From: Raillietiella orientalis
Taxonomy: Eukaryota
Assembly: GCA_036172245.1 (NCBI GenBank)
Contig: JAYWIR010000023.1
Span: 2,356,001 to 2,420,000, forward strand
Direction: 5' to 3'
DNA length: 64,000 nt
Shown here: piece by piece, positions 1 through 14,200 of the stretch
How positions within the stretch are numbered: position 1 is the stretch's first letter
Layout of the letters: each line of letters begins with the position of its first letter
Position numbers and translations under genes: made by a program
Notes under the pieces: model-generated
Databases searched by the model: none
The model's input: the letters and a program-made list of their open reading frames with translations, nothing else
What the model was told of the DNA's origin: nothing

Positions 1-1037
1 CACGTTCACTCATTGTGAGTTCATGTTCGTATGGATGGAACTTCCCGGACACGTGGACGTCACAAGTACGCCAAAGTGGTGTTGAGATTTTGGGGAGGAA
101 AGTTCCAATTCTACAGAGGTGGACTTTTGCATTCGTTGTCATTCTAACATCTGCGCTGTCTGTTCATCGTGTATGTCGAGTCCCTATAGGCATTTGAAAA
201 CAGGAAGTTCTTTCCTGAGGCTAACAGTGTTATGGAGGGGATCCTGCTTTTTACTGACTGTCACACCATATTGAGGAAACCATTGGGTTCAGAACAGCAA
301 ACACGCGCTGTTAGGTTGATGATGATCAATTTACGTGTGTACTATGACTACAGAATCAAATCACTCTCTGTATACAGATACGGTCTTCTGATCAAACGAT
401 CTGTTACATGTTTGTTTTTTGTTTTTTTTCAACTGATTCCGAACATCAAGCCATTTGTCAGTCATCTGCGAGCTTCAGGTGTTTGTTAGTTTTGACTTTA
501 AGCAGATCGGAGTTAACGAAGTTTGGCTAATGATCATCTGTTGATACAAGGCAATTCTGCCAAGTGCAGTTCTGCTCACTTTGATCGAATGAGGACGCAA
601 TCCCATTTGGTTGGGAATGAGGATTCACCTGCTGATGGGGATAAACACTGGTAGTTATAAAATACTCCAGCTGCTCCAGGGGAAAACGCCATTTGGAAAT
701 CTGAAGTGACGAATTACGTTTGCATGCCAGGATAGTGCACCTTGGAAAGCTTTTTCTTTATGATCCATTGTGTCAATTTCCAGGAGTCTTCAGAATAAAA
801 GGGTGGCAACTACTCTTTCACATTAGGTACCACAATAGGAAAGCGGTATCCGCTATTTCATGTTGAGTGTTCTCTTGTTACGAGCCTGCCTTGGCTGTAG
901 AAATCTTTGTGCGTGTGTTTTGAAAAAAAAGGAAAAGAGAAAGAACTTCCTCTTCCGATGATTTCTTCATGTAAGCTGGATTGACCACACCGTTTCGTAA
1001 GAAAGGTGCTCAAATCACAGACATCATTTTTTCTCAG

Positions 1038-1147
1038 GAATGGAATGACTACAAGCTTTCGTGGGACCCAGAAGAGTATGGAGGTGTGGAATCTCTTTAT
1101 GTTCCTTCTGAACACATTTGGTTGCCTGATATTGTTCTCTATAATAA
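1038..1147 (+). CDS. nAChRalpha1: nAChR alpha subunit gene 1 (alpha1-like), internal coding exon with loop A ([36 protein letters not shown]); upstream exons lie outside the window
   Basis: Acceptor ttctcag|GAA and donor AA|gtaagt; 110-nt exon; [10 protein letters not shown] motif once joined to the next exon. The orthology label is tentative. Confidence 0.92.
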
Positions 1148-1227
1148 GTAAGTACATCTTCCATCCCTATCGTAATTTTATCGATCAAAAACAAAGATTA
1201 GGAGGAGATTACGTCGTAATCTTGTTC

Positions 1228-1251
1228 TTGTTGTTGTTGTTGTTGTTGTTG
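1228..1251. repeat. (TTG)8 microsatellite
   Basis: Read directly from the sequence. Confidence 0.95.
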
Positions 1252-4200
1252 TGTTTTTCCTCTTGCCAAGAAAGTCGATAGAATTCTCTCGTTTTCCGCC
1301 GAAGATTTCTGACATGCTAAGAAAGAGCGCAACCAATTCATCTGTCGGAGCAACCAAGAGTATCGTAGGGAAATTCGGTTTTGCACAAGCAAATTCTGGA
1401 AGAGGACTAGGGACTGGCAGCCCGCTTCGCAACTTGAAACCGTTGTTTATGGGATGGTCCGACTAAGTCTAGAGATCGTGCTCTCCGTCTGCTTGGAAAC
1501 GAGAGAGCAAATAAGTATCTGTTGAAGATTGATATCAAAGACCGAGTTCCTTGCTATGGTGCTTCGAAAACAGAATCCGTGACAGTGATTTAGGTCACCT
1601 CGGCGGATGTGTCCACGAGGTCCGCCTCTGATCACTGGATTTTCTGAGCACAAGAACTTTCTAAAGCTCCAGTTTTCTTGGAAACATCGAGACCGATAGA
1701 CTCGGGACCGGGAGAGATGTGATCAGGCAGAGAGAGATCTCATCCATCGACATGCTGGATGTCGGGTTCTGGTGTTTCCATCGTTTCTTGTTTCATCCCC
1801 CATCCGCCAAAATTCTCACTTTCATGATACAATTCCATGGGGAGTGAAGATTTCGAAATTTGAGATCGAATGGCTGCTGCCTCGGAACTTTGCTTCCATG
1901 GATCGATAGCAGACCAGAGCAGCTTCCTTTCTCTTTATTAGTCTTCTCCCACCTAACTTCATCTACATTCGAGAATACACAAAGGAACTCGTCAGTGTCT
2001 CACGCCCTTCTCTCTTCGTGGAGCTATGGGAGCTGTGTTTCTGCATGCAACATGCTGCTGCTGCTGCTCTGGCATTCAGATTCCAACAGATGCAGTCTGT
2101 CGTTCCGTGTTCATTTCCCATGGAGTGCAGCTTCGGAGTCCCAACGTCCGCTTCCTGAAACGACTGCGGCGCCACAACGAAGGAATTCATAAAAGTGAAG
2201 AAATGGAGTCTTTTATGACGAAACGAAGGTGGGAGGAAACGGGAGAGGAAAGATGCATTCCTACCAGCGAGAGCATATTATATCTAATTTTCCTTTCAAG
2301 AATGGACCAGGGGAAAGTTTGCGAAGCGCGAGAAAAAATACTGACCGGAAATGCTGTGGGAACACCTGGTCCTAGACCATAAACGACGCGGTGTTCTGTT
2401 ATCTTAAGACGAGAACAGCATCATTGCACGCGATATCTGCCTCTGTTCGCGGAAATCTCAGAATGGAAAATGTTGCAGTGGTTTCCAGAAAAAAAAAAAA
2501 AAAAACTTTCGACGACAAGACCACTCTGACAAAGAGTAACCACACCAACTTCATAACCTCTATTGGGGCAATCGTGATGCTTTCTGGCCATAATCTGAGG
2601 AATGCATCGGATTCGTAAGATGCTCCAACAAAAGTACAGTGATAGCGCAATGAGAGGGGGACCAGGAATGCGATCAGAGGAGGAATTTGTCTTCGTGATG
2701 ATGAAGTCAAATTTCAGAACGAGAAGCCGGACAAGAATCCCTACAGCTCCTTATCTGATGGCTGCTTGCTCTGCACCACAGGCTCGGGATGGCTCGCAAC
2801 TCTAGGTCGCTTTACTTTAATGGCTTTATCAGGCCATGCATCCATCCCCGATTATCTTTGAAAGGATTTCTTACTACAAGGTTTTACGGCTGATTCTAGG
2901 GATTTATTCCATGCCCCACACTTTATTAAAGCATGGATACATTACTTATTTGCGTCATCCATGAGTCCAATGATGCCATGCTTCAGGTTTCAATGTCAGA
3001 AGTTTCATGAGAGGTTTTCCTCCATTTAAATTTTTACTCCATCCCTTCCCCTTCCAGAGGTCGATATGCATATGTGCATACCTGTTTTTCCTGTGCGAGT
3101 CACTACGTACTACGTGCGTTCTCTCGCCTGAGGGTGTGGTCTGACGTTTCTTCACGAGCAAGCGAGTGCTGCGTCCGGGGTACGAACGCAGTGTCAGTGC
3201 TTACTGCCTGCGTCCATTTCCAAAGCAGAAATAAGCTTTGTGGAAACAAGAAAATCTCTGGCAAACTTTCCCTCACCCCCCTCTCTCTTCCCGATAATCC
3301 TCAAAACACCAGAGTCCCTCGCTTCGACTTGCGAGTGTCGCACCGGGTTCTTTGAAGTTTCCCATCGATTTTTAATTTTCACGACGTCCATCCCAGCTTG
3401 GCTTTCTGTTTCATTAAACGTATTGTATCGTAAGTTGCGCTGACTTCCACGTAAGAAAACACATGCCGAAGCGGGTACGAAAGTTTCTTTTCAGTAGTGT
3501 GCCCTAAAACTGGGAAACAGTGTTGCCACTGAATCAGCGGAATCCTGGGAAAAGATTTTTTTTTTTCTTTCCTTTCCTCCTTGTGTGTTATGCGAGTCTG
3601 TAACGCCGGTACTACGAGGCGCTGCTTTCCTTCAGGGAACCGGTACGGTGGAGGCGCTGCATTTTAAAAATGGTGGGCGTTTGAAAAGGCCCCTTGAACT
3701 TAAAGGAGAGCATCCTGCGTCTCCTGCATCTCCTTAGATTTCGATCTGAAAAACACGCTTACTAAATGGAGGAATTCAGTTGGGCAAACTCTTCTCACTG
3801 ATGTTGTCTCCGGAAGCACAACTTCGAATCCGTCATCCTCTGACCCTTCCTCGGGACAACTCTTTGCTCAGCTCCTCGATCACATGCTTGTTGCAATCCG
3901 CATGATGTGCTTTGCACATTTACCGACGAAATCGCAGAGTTCATCCGAAGCATCACTTTTGAAACCTCGACGTGTGCCGCAATGGAAATCGAACTGCAAG
4001 AGGATTGCCCATCATTCCGTTTTTCATTCACGTCACTTCTTTGAAATGATTCGCATGGCTTCAGTATCTTCTTTTCCCGTGTTTACTTCCACTGAGCCTT
4101 TTCCCCACATCCTTTGTTTCCTATGTGATGCACATACTTCTAAGAGCAAAGGAGGAAGCGAATCTCCGCTCGCTCGTCCTGGCAGCGCAGCGGGAACCGG

Positions 4201-7200
4201 GCTCCGACAGACAGGTCTATGAGCTTCCTAAATCAGTAACGTGTCATGCATGCTCTCTTAATTCCTAGTTTAGAGTAGAGGAGCCGGCACGGATTCTGTC
4301 TCCCAGAGACAGTACTGTGAAGAAATGTCCTTTCATTCAGCAACTTTCCGTGTGACAATCTGCGCCCGTTTTTCATACGTTTCTCGGGATCGCCTCGATT
4401 CTTTGCTTCAGCATCGCTGATCTCTTCTGTTGTTTATTGCAAATGAGCTGAGAAGGACATACGATTTCTGCTGCTTGAAAATCCTCTGCGCATTCACTCT
4501 GTCTCCTTGCCTGACTTCCTCCTTGATTCCCTTTTTCAATATCTAAAGGAGATGCACGCCTCATTAATTCAGCTTTCCTCTCGAATGCACTTTCTGTCTA
4601 ACGTCTATTCCAAATTCTACGTCTATTTTGCTGCATTTAGCCGACACGACCTTCCGAGATGTGCTCACCTGGCAAAGTTTGTTCTTCAGCTATGAGGTTC
4701 TTTTCTGTCCTGAAGAGGTTCCGGGAGCAGATTCTAGTTTGTGTTTTTTAATGTTGACTTTTAGCGAATAAGAATCGATCCAACCAGTAGGCTCAGTAGA
4801 GATTTTTCTTTTTCTTGAATGCATCTAATCCTGAAAATCTGATGTCCTTTTACTCTTCTTCGGTCATCTGATTGATTGTTAAATTCCTATTTCTTCTTTA
4901 CCATAACTGAGACAGATCATCAGGAAGGACTTGTCGGTTCATCACTTTTTCCATGGTTGTTCAGTACGTTTGTGTAATCACGACACTCACGAGGGTTCCC
5001 AGAAGTTTCAGTAACGGTTTCATGATGAAAGACTGCTCAACCCAGGCATACTGGACCTTAACATTTCACTACCTTTCGACGTACAGATGTGCTTCGAAGA
5101 GTCGTAAGATGGCGATCAAGAAGCACTCGCGCCTGAGTGCTTGTGTCAAGTAGTCAAACACATTAACTCTTGTGCCAGAGAAACACTCTCGCGGAAGCTG
5201 ATCTCGTCTCTAATAAGACTCTCTTTCGCACTGAAACGAATCTCCTGGTAATGTAATGATTCCAAGTATTCACGGAGCTGGTGGTCTGGCAAATGAAGCC
5301 TGTAGCGCTTCGGTGTGGGACGGAAGTCCACTGGAAACGATGAGCTTGCCAAAACCTCTTCTGTATAGCTGGCATCATGGTTACTTCCTCTGAGTTTATT
5401 AGACAGCGTGAAAAGTGATGTTTGAGGTGAAGGAGTAGAGTTGACTTTTGTTGTCTAGAGGAAGCAAAGTGCCCTGTCGCGTTTTAATGTCAACGACGAC
5501 TTTAGGTCAAACAGTACCGTCTGCAATGTTTCCATGGCAGGCTTCTAGTAAGCGTCATTACATGCTGTTCCCAATAGTGGTGCTGAGATTCATTCTGCTC
5601 AATGATGATAGCTTGTCATGCACCCTGATGAGCAAACATCAGCTTCTTACCAATCGCTTCAGGAGATTCTATGCAGCATCTGAAAGCCACGGCAAAGTGC
5701 TGTGATTTGCAATTGTGTCCTACAACAAAGTCAAGTGGATCGAAAGGATCGGAAAATGCTCTGATGACATTGAGACAGCTTCGTCCTCTCGAAAGCGTGA
5801 TCACCCCAGTTTTCCTCGCACCTCCTTAAGCGATCCGCAGTTGATGAGGTGAACGGGAATTTGGATAAAGTCATCACCTTGACTACTCTCCAGTAGCTGA
5901 ATGCCTGAGCAACAGTCCCATTTTGGTTTTTACGAATCCGATTTCATTCTGGTCCGTATGTCGTCATCCCGCACTTCTAAATCCTTTTTTGGATTTTTAG
6001 ATTGCAGCTAGGCGAATCGGGGTATCGGGACCGCAAGACGTGAAAACATGCCGTAGATGATACGTAATTGCGTTTCATGCCATTCTGTTCCTCCGATCAT
6101 CGCTATCATCTTTTGATAAAAACACGCAAGTGATACTCTTCGAGTTCATCGAATCCTTTGCTAAAGCGAGATCCCACAGCATCGGAACGTCAACGCCTCA
6201 GCATTTCCAAGCAGATGCAATCCAAGGCCGGGAAGATTTTTTTTTACAGGAAGCTCTCCCAAAAATAAACAAACATGTGCGTACTCAAGAGGAAGATGAC
6301 AGTCAGAAAGAATGTGCAAAGATGCAGCCTTGTGAACACGCGAACGTGGTTGATCCTACTCGTAGGTTTCGTGTTCACTGTTGTAGGTCGCCAATGGAAG
6401 CAAAGAAAAAGTTGAACAAGCAATCCACCACAAAGCCCTAGTTTCTCCAAATGCGAAAAGATTCCAGAAATAGCTACTTGTGCTGGGAATGAAGGTAAAG
6501 TCCTTACGGCAATATCTGAGGAGGGAGGCACTCGAGATAAATCTTTCTATCTTGATGACGCGCATGCAAGGAAATGGGATGTGACGCCCGTGAAAGTAAA
6601 AGTGTGGAGAAGTAGATTCCTTAATTAAAAATGAGAGGAGCTTTCTTCAAACTTATAGAAAAACATTTACTTCCGATGGAAGACGGGGGGGGGGGGGGAA
6701 TGATTTTTCAAGACGGGGAGTTCTGTGAAGTGGACCCACCAGTTTTAAACCGGAGGACTAATAGTTGCCGCTCTTGCTGTTAAAGCAGATGAATCAACCA
6801 AAAAAGTTCAATTCAAGAGGAGGTCATTTTCCTGGAATGAGCATAGTCACTCGTGACAATTTATAGATTCCTGTTATTCAAAAGAAGTGATTATTTGTGA
6901 GTGAAGAACTACCGATGATTCAGCCACCATTTTGATTCTGAGTAATCTTTAAAGCTGAAACGGTTCGAGATTTCCATGAAATCTCGATGTTTTCCTTGGA
7001 TATGGACTGCTTCCACAATTTCACAAAGAGCTTATCCGTGTTCAAAGCAAAAAAAAAAAAAAAACTTTTGAAATCTTAGCTGAAAGTTTCCCAACTGAAA
7101 GCAGTGACGTGTCAGTGCTCAGATTTTGGGACGTCCATCCAGTGCAAACCTCCTGAAATTTTCTTCTTTCTTCGCCTCACATTTGCATTGACCCCATATC

Positions 7201-10200
7201 GGTAACAGTGTCAATTAAATAACCATTCAAAGACTCTCGAAGTTTCTCTACTCTTAACGAGTTTCCACGCGAGTTGGTGCTCGCTTTTTGAGATGCGATT
7301 CTTGGTGAGCACACTGTTTGCAAAATTAGCAAGGATGAGCATTAAGGATTTGTGAGTAAGGAGCCCAGGAACTTGATGCTGCATTCGACGCTTCTTTCGA
7401 GATGTCTTTTCGTGCTTTGCCGTTTGACCACTCCTGCGTTTCACAGCTTTCGGTTGGAAAGAGCGAGCAGTTTCGGCACGCAAAACAAACAACGAGGTGT
7501 TTCCGGCACAAGAGGAACCAGAATTCTTTTGCGGGGGCATTCTCCGGAACCCTTGTCTGCTGACTCCTCAGGCGAATAGTATGGACCACAAGATGAATCA
7601 GTTCTTGGGAGTTAGGACAATGACGAAGGCTGGCATTGATACGGTTCACATGGACACGATATTTAACTGGAGAGAACGTCTGAGAAGCAAATGAGACGTT
7701 CCGTCCTTGAGTTTTCTTGTTCTCAAGCTGTTTCACTAAAAGGGGAAAAAAAAAACACGGACATCGCCTTTTACGTTGATCGCGGGGATGAAGTCCTTTG
7801 TTTATGAAGTGATATGCAAAGCTAATTAAAAGGGATTACTCGAACAGAAAGACTCATTTCAGTGGACGAAAGTTTGGTACCTTGCCATGGTTAACAGAGA
7901 TTCACAAGTCTGGAATTCCATTCTTTAGGGATTTACGGGAGGAACTTGTTTCATGAAGCAAAAGAAGATCATCACGCATTTGGGATGCAAAGTATATTCG
8001 GATAATTGAATACAGGATACTCCATTTTCAATACATTGCGCATTTTATCAGGATAAATAGTGCTCTTAAGGATACTTGTACAGTAGAATAACGGAGGAGG
8101 CGCAGCTTTAGCAAACCTTTCCTTGGTCCATGGAGAGAGAACTGCAACGATCAATTATAAATTCATAATCAGTGCACGTCAGAAGGATCGCAATCCAGGT
8201 TTGCTCTCTAGAGTGTGTTATAACCGCCAACGAACGATCACAGTGACGTTTCTGGACGTTTCTTGAAACGTCCAGATGCGGTGTCATGATGATTTCCCAT
8301 CTATAGAAAGGGCTCTTAGTTTTCATCCACGCGTTCTGCTGACGAAACTTCACTCGGACGTTTTGATTATGCGGCTGCTGTGGAAAGTGTTCGGTGAAAC
8401 TTGGGAATGAATTACTACTGGCTTTCAAGAGATTGTCGAGTGGACACGTCGTTGAAGAGGGAGAGATCAGTAGCCGTAATGAACTCTCTTCACAAGAACG
8501 TTTTGCTTTCACTGGAGGGGCCATGAACTCCAAAGATTCCGACAAAGCCACTTCAGTCAATTGCATCCGCAGCTACAAACTTTTCTACACGCATCCATAT
8601 TTAAATACGGATATAAAAAATACAAGTGACCCGGTGCTTGAATCAGCGATCATTCCTTTGGTTCGGTTACTCTAGAAGATTTGACACTTTCGGAAGGTAA
8701 CTGAATATCTAATTTCAGCACTTAAGTCATTTATATGGACTTTTATGGCAAGCACGTGGCTTTGCGGTTGTGAGTACAGGTGCCGAAAACAGCAGGTCAC
8801 AGAAATCTGTGACCCGCTGTTTTCAGTGAGAAATCTCCAAGATTCACGTTGGCTCTGTTGCAAAATGGTGGTTCCTTGCTGTCGACCCGAAAGTTGACTC
8901 ATTCGTTTCTCGAATAACTGCGTCCATTTCGCGTCATCACTCTAAAGAAGTGCCGTGATTTTTTCGATGGGAGGCAGGAAATTAGGAGAAAAAGAAAAAA
9001 AAAGAGAGAGAGATTGAACATGTAAAGCTGCGAATTGTGGAAAAGGGAACGCGAAGTCTCATCTGGCATTCGTAGGATCTGTCTTATGCTAAAATCGAGG
9101 GCTCCGCTTCGTCGGAGGGGGTCACTTCAGTTGCTGATGAGTCTGGCCGTTTCCTGAAAGGACAGTCCTTATAGGATGATCTAACAAGAGCAAGCCCTGG
9201 ACTAGGTGATTTTTCTTGCTGCACAACTGCAAGTGCTTTTTCCACTGTGTACTGGTGTAGGTTTTGCTTTATAGGTACTCATGCAGGCTGGGATGTTCAT
9301 CCCGAGAGGTCATTTTCGTTTAAATAGAGCACGCTTTTGTACTTCCTGGTCATTCTTGCTTTGGTTTGGCGTCAAGGAAGCTTCTGGTATACGGAGTGAT
9401 CGTTGCTAGCGTGGATGCACTCCCGCGTAGAGATGCCCCTATTATCGACTGGATGCTCATTGCCTAGTATTTAAAAAACTCGTCCCTTAGGTAGGAAAGA
9501 GATGCAACGATGACTTTCGCTACGCTTTTTTGAGAGTGCAAGACCTCGAGGAAGAGAGCTGAGATGGTTTCGAAATGCTGTTTTTCTTGAACCGTTAGAA
9601 AGTCGAGTGAACATCACGGCCTGCTGGATGTACACGTCCACTGGCGACATTTGTTCACTGTCCACTGACAGAGTTAGCTTCATCCAAGAAATCTGTTCGT
9701 TTTCATGAACTCTATACAGAATTTCCGTGGATGCCACATGGGACCGGAGAGTTATGTCAAGGATGCAAGGCGTGAAAGTGCATCTGTATCTCCAAACATT
9801 CGAGTTCGTTCGACTGCATCCATATAACGATCAAAGTGTAATCAGGAGTCAATATTGGCTAATTTTCGTTATCATTTTCTTTTCTCGTGCATTACTGATT
9901 CTGAATAGAGTTCGTGAAAATCATCGAGTCAATGGATCGTCAGCAGTATTTTCATTCGGAGATCTGAATGAAAATACTGCTGACCAGTTGCCAGCTTTCG
10001 TCTTCGCAAAACGAAGAGATGCTCCAAGACCTACGGTTAGATGTGTTGATTAGAAGACTGCGCAGTCGCGCGCCGATTCTGTACATCCAAAAACTGATTG
10101 AGAAGAGCAAAAATACCCGATGAAGAAACAGAAGGTCGCGATTATGGCCGAATGTGAGGACAGTCCGAGGGCAATATACTACAAAACCGTTGATGCCCTT

Positions 10201-11195
10201 CGGGGGATTCTGGAGCGGCACTTAACAAACAAATAAATGCGTGAGATGCGTGCCTATGCATGACAGACAGTTCCTCCCCGAAGGAACGGTCCCATGGAAA
10301 CCATAATTCCAAGTTTTAAGTGTGATCATTTCATTCGCAATCACTTTAGAACTTAAGTTTCCTTCTCCACTCCGGTTTTTGCCGACTCTTTCAGGACACA
10401 TTCGCTAAAAAAAGCTCTTTGCATTTCTTAAAAAAGAATTGCTTCCATCTACGTTTCTTTTTTTTTTAAAACTCCTCATTCAAGATAATGCTTTCCTTAT
10501 TGCGTTTCATCCTGTAAGGAATCAGAACTGCCACTGATACTGCTCGTGCAGAGTGTGTTGAGCATAACAGCCGACCTATTCCCTTTCCGTTACGTTTTTC
10601 ATGCGTAGGGCAGAATCCTGTTGTGACACACAAATGTGTAGATTCAAGGTGCATCTTTTCTCCTTTTTTTCTTCTTCTTGGCTTTCTAGAGGTGAAAACA
10701 AATAACATGCAGATTGTTCGTCTTTGATTCTTTGAATCTGATGTCAAGATGGCAGCTTTCACACCTCCACTTCGCTCAGCACAGAGGAATATCAGGCTGA
10801 AGGCGCGATGGATATAATCAGTCAACCATCTGATGAAGCTTCTCGGGGACCCGCCGAACTTCCATCTCATGAAGATTTGCGTGCAAAAAGAAAAGATCTG
10901 TTGGGAACACGAACTTTCGCACTTGTTCCTGCTTCCGAATCGATGACACCAGTACAACTCCTTACAGCTTCCGAGTGTCGGAAAACTGTCCGTTTTCTTC
11001 TGCTACCCCCACTGTGCTTTCTAGACAGTGGAACAGGCACAGCTATCTAGTTTGTTTCCGTGGTATTCGGTTTGCAACTCGATACATCTGAAAGCTTCAC
11101 CAATACGAGACACTCAGGTGACATCCGCGTTCTTCAGTTAGTACGAGAGAAGTCTTGTGTCCGGAAAGCAATGCAACTTTTTTCCCCTGTTTCAG

Positions 11196-11376
11196 TGCCG
11201 ATGGAGACTACGTTGTGACCACCATGACCAAAGCGATTCTACACTACACTGGAGTGGTTAGATGGAAGCCACCTGCAGTATTCAAGTCCTCATGTGAGAT
11301 GAACGTGGAATTCTTTCCATTTGATGAGCAGATGTGCTTTATGAAATTCGGCTCCTGGTCGTACGATGGCCTCATG
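11196..11376 (+). CDS. nAChRalpha1: nAChR gene 1 exon with loop E, Cys-loop ([15 protein letters not shown]) and loop B (WSYDG)
   Basis: tttcag|T GCC GAT...CTC ATG|gtatga; 181 nt; phase matches the previous exon (AA+T = Asn); C-x13-C Cys-loop. Confidence 0.95.
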
Positions 11377-12479
11377 GTATGATTCACGCACAAACGTGGT
11401 CCTTGCTATCCAGGTGGCGCATTGGCGTCAGATACTAACCTTCCGTTTCACGCCTTTTAAGATCATGTGCTGCTGCAAGCATCCTCTCATCAGTTTTCCA
11501 CGGAATTTCTCTCCGTTGAAATCTAATGAGATCGGTCGTTACTTTTGAGACATTTCACGTGAAATTTCTGGGCATTTGGGGGGGGAGGAGGCAAGCAAGT
11601 CGCTTCGGTTCGTTTCATCTGTTCCCCAAGTGTGTGTTCCTGCTACTCAAAAAGTTTGCATCATCACGAGGACTTATGTGAAGGTGCTTCCGGCAGAAAG
11701 TGGCAATCAGTGAAAAGACTGCAGAAACGTGCATCATCTGGGATGATTCAAGCGTGCTCGGAAAATAGAAAGGAAAGCCAGGAGAGTTGAAAGGAACACA
11801 CGCGACCGAGTTGTGTCGCGATGACGTTAATAAATAAGCTGAATTGGGCTGGTATGGTGACATGGTCTTTCGCGCACTTCGTGACAAACAAAGGTTGGGA
11901 CTTTCGGGACAAACAAAAGGATCGGGAAGACCTAGCAAATAAGGGTCACGGAAACGCTCGTCAATGCTGCTCAGACAAGTTACGTAAGCAAAGACGTAGT
12001 GATGCTTACGAGAGCGAAGTGCACGTACGAACCAATCCAAAGTCTAATCCTACGTTGCTGCAAGAATACTGCATCTCTGATGAAAAAAAAAAATGAATCC
12101 CCGATGCTTCCTTTCGGTTCGATGTTTAGTAAGCACAGAGTATTACTGAGTAGGGGAGCAAGTGGCAAGGACCCAAATCCCAGTTCCTCTATTGAAGTTT
12201 ATTCGGGAACGCGGAGCCACCACCACCGACGAGCCGAGTGAAATCCATAAGCAAAAGCGTTTGGAGAAATAAGTACATATCTTACTATAATGGATGGTAC
12301 ACGGCTACAAATGGTCTCATGAGCCAAATATACTGTGCATCGGCGTCTCTTCCCATAGGATAGGATAGGAAATATGGCGGTATTGTTTGTGGATATCAGG
12401 AAAGAACGAGGAAAACAGGAACAGAAGATCGTGTAGAACAGAAGCGCACATGTTTTCTGCCCTCACCTATTTCCTGTGC

Positions 12480-14200
12480 TTCGGCACTCCATCCTGGTAT
12501 TTTTTTTTTTCATGAGAGTTGCCTACGGGAGCGCGCGCGCGTTCTGTTTCGGTTGCGTATCCTTTTCTTGCTATTTTCTCTCTCCCTGCAAACTACATTT
12601 GCGAATCGAGAAGCTTCTGGAAAACTGCAGACTCGCTGAGGATCCGGCAGACTTCATTTTCCACTTTCCATCTGAGCCGGGTGACGGCAACGGTGTTTTC
12701 TCGATTCAAGTCCCTGGAGTAGGAAAACCAGGGGGAAAGGAGGAGGAGGAAGAGGATGATAGAGTTCGAAATTCCATGAGCATAACTGCGAAAAAGGAGC
12801 CAACTGTTTGGGTGGCTTCGTCCAGGAAGCGACGACGAGTTTCCAGACGAGATGACAGGATCGGTGAGTGGAATTGGACTCTGCTCACAAAATCACCGGA
12901 ATCCAATCACGGAAAAATCATCAGGTTGTCACAGTGGGTGGCAAAGGTTTTGGCAATAGGAGAGGACCGAAAACAGGGCAAGCGGGCACAGAGATGGACA
13001 GTGGCTCGAAACGGACCAAACGAGTCGAAGACTGAGCCGGAATTCAGTCTTGGTCAAACGGTACCGTCATCAGAGATGGGGCAGCAGCCAACAACTCCTT
13101 TCCCTAGCCGCCCATTCGTTCACAGCCAACAGATGAACCATTCTTCCACGCGGCGGTCCCGATTCACGATAGTCGATCCGAGTTACGGCATCAACCAGTC
13201 GTTTGCCATGGTTTTCCAGGGAAGAAAGCTTTCCATTAAGAAATCCGCATCTGCCGGCAATACATCTTCCTCCGCAAGCAAGCCTCTTTATCAGGTTGTT
13301 GGTGTCTCTTCGCACCGATCACGTGAGGAACAGAGAACGAAGAGGAGATAAATAATGAAGCACTGGATGTGGCGCAGTGAGCTTTCCTAAGCCACAGTTG
13401 CAGAGCGTACATGAAGCCTTTTGCTGTTAGCGCCGCATTAGCATTCCTCCGCCGTGCAAACATCTCCATCCTCTCAAAAAAGAGTGTCCTTATTTTCTTC
13501 ATGGAGACGGAGGCGATAAAATCGTGGGAAAAAATTCTCGACTGGAACTTCCTTCGACTCCCTCTTTCTCTTCGGAAATCTTCTCGCCAACTTTGTCGAC
13601 TACCAGAGGAAGCACCGTGCGTCTTTCTAGTGACCTGGGGAGTGCCAGACATTGGTCAGATTCGCGCTCAGGGAATCCGGGACTCTCTCCTGGAAAAAAC
13701 AGCCCTTGATCCCTGGAACGTTCCAAAAGCGAATCCAGGCAATCAAGAGTCGGAAGGTGCCGCGTTTCGAAAGAAGCGTCCTCATCCTTTCTCTCAAAAA
13801 GCGAGCAATCTGTCAAGTTTCCCTTCCGCAATGTTTCCGAAGGCACGGCCTCTCGCTGTGGCAGACGCCCTCCCACAGCCGCTCTTCCAGCCCTTTCTCT
13901 CTCGCCTCCTTGAGAACGGGGTGGAAGGAGGCCTTTCCGTTTTCTCACTCTGCTGCTGCTGCTGCACGGAGGCTTGAGTGTTGACAAACGCAAACTCCGG
14001 ACTCGACCTGGGCGAAGCCCAGGGCACGTCACCACTGCTCCGTTGTCAGGAGCAGAGATGCGAGGCATCTCGAAAACGCTCACCTTCAGTGGGCAATCGT
14101 CCGTGGAGAACTGCCGTTCGCTTGCCAGACTCAAGAGCAGGTTATTCCGGAATAGATGGCCTTCTCGAAACGAGGCTGAAGGTTTCTCTGACCTCTGAAC
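12480..14200 (-). mobile_element. Probable highly decayed LINE (ORF1-like C-terminus followed by endonuclease-like remnant)
   Basis: Minus-strand RIFSHDF...ARRRNANAALTAKGFMYAL resembles the L1-type ORF1 C-terminus; SGDF downstream resembles the APE GDFN motif; many frame breaks. Boundaries approximate. Confidence 0.35.

Noticed and set aside
2302..8131. Inverted ~21-30-nt match (atggacca.gg.aa.gtttgc) as TIRs of a 5.8-kb element
   Set aside because: Short and imperfect, no TSD or transposase, and similar words occur elsewhere in the window.
9134..9170. Hammerhead ribozyme at ctgatgagtc...gac
   Set aside because: No GAAA after the putative stem II and no closing stems.
12476..13351. Long ORFs (291 aa here; also 50790-51479, 51853-52629, 55742-56476) as host genes
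   Set aside because: No recognisable host domain or splice structure; they overlap GC-rich repeat-derived DNA, where stops are rare.
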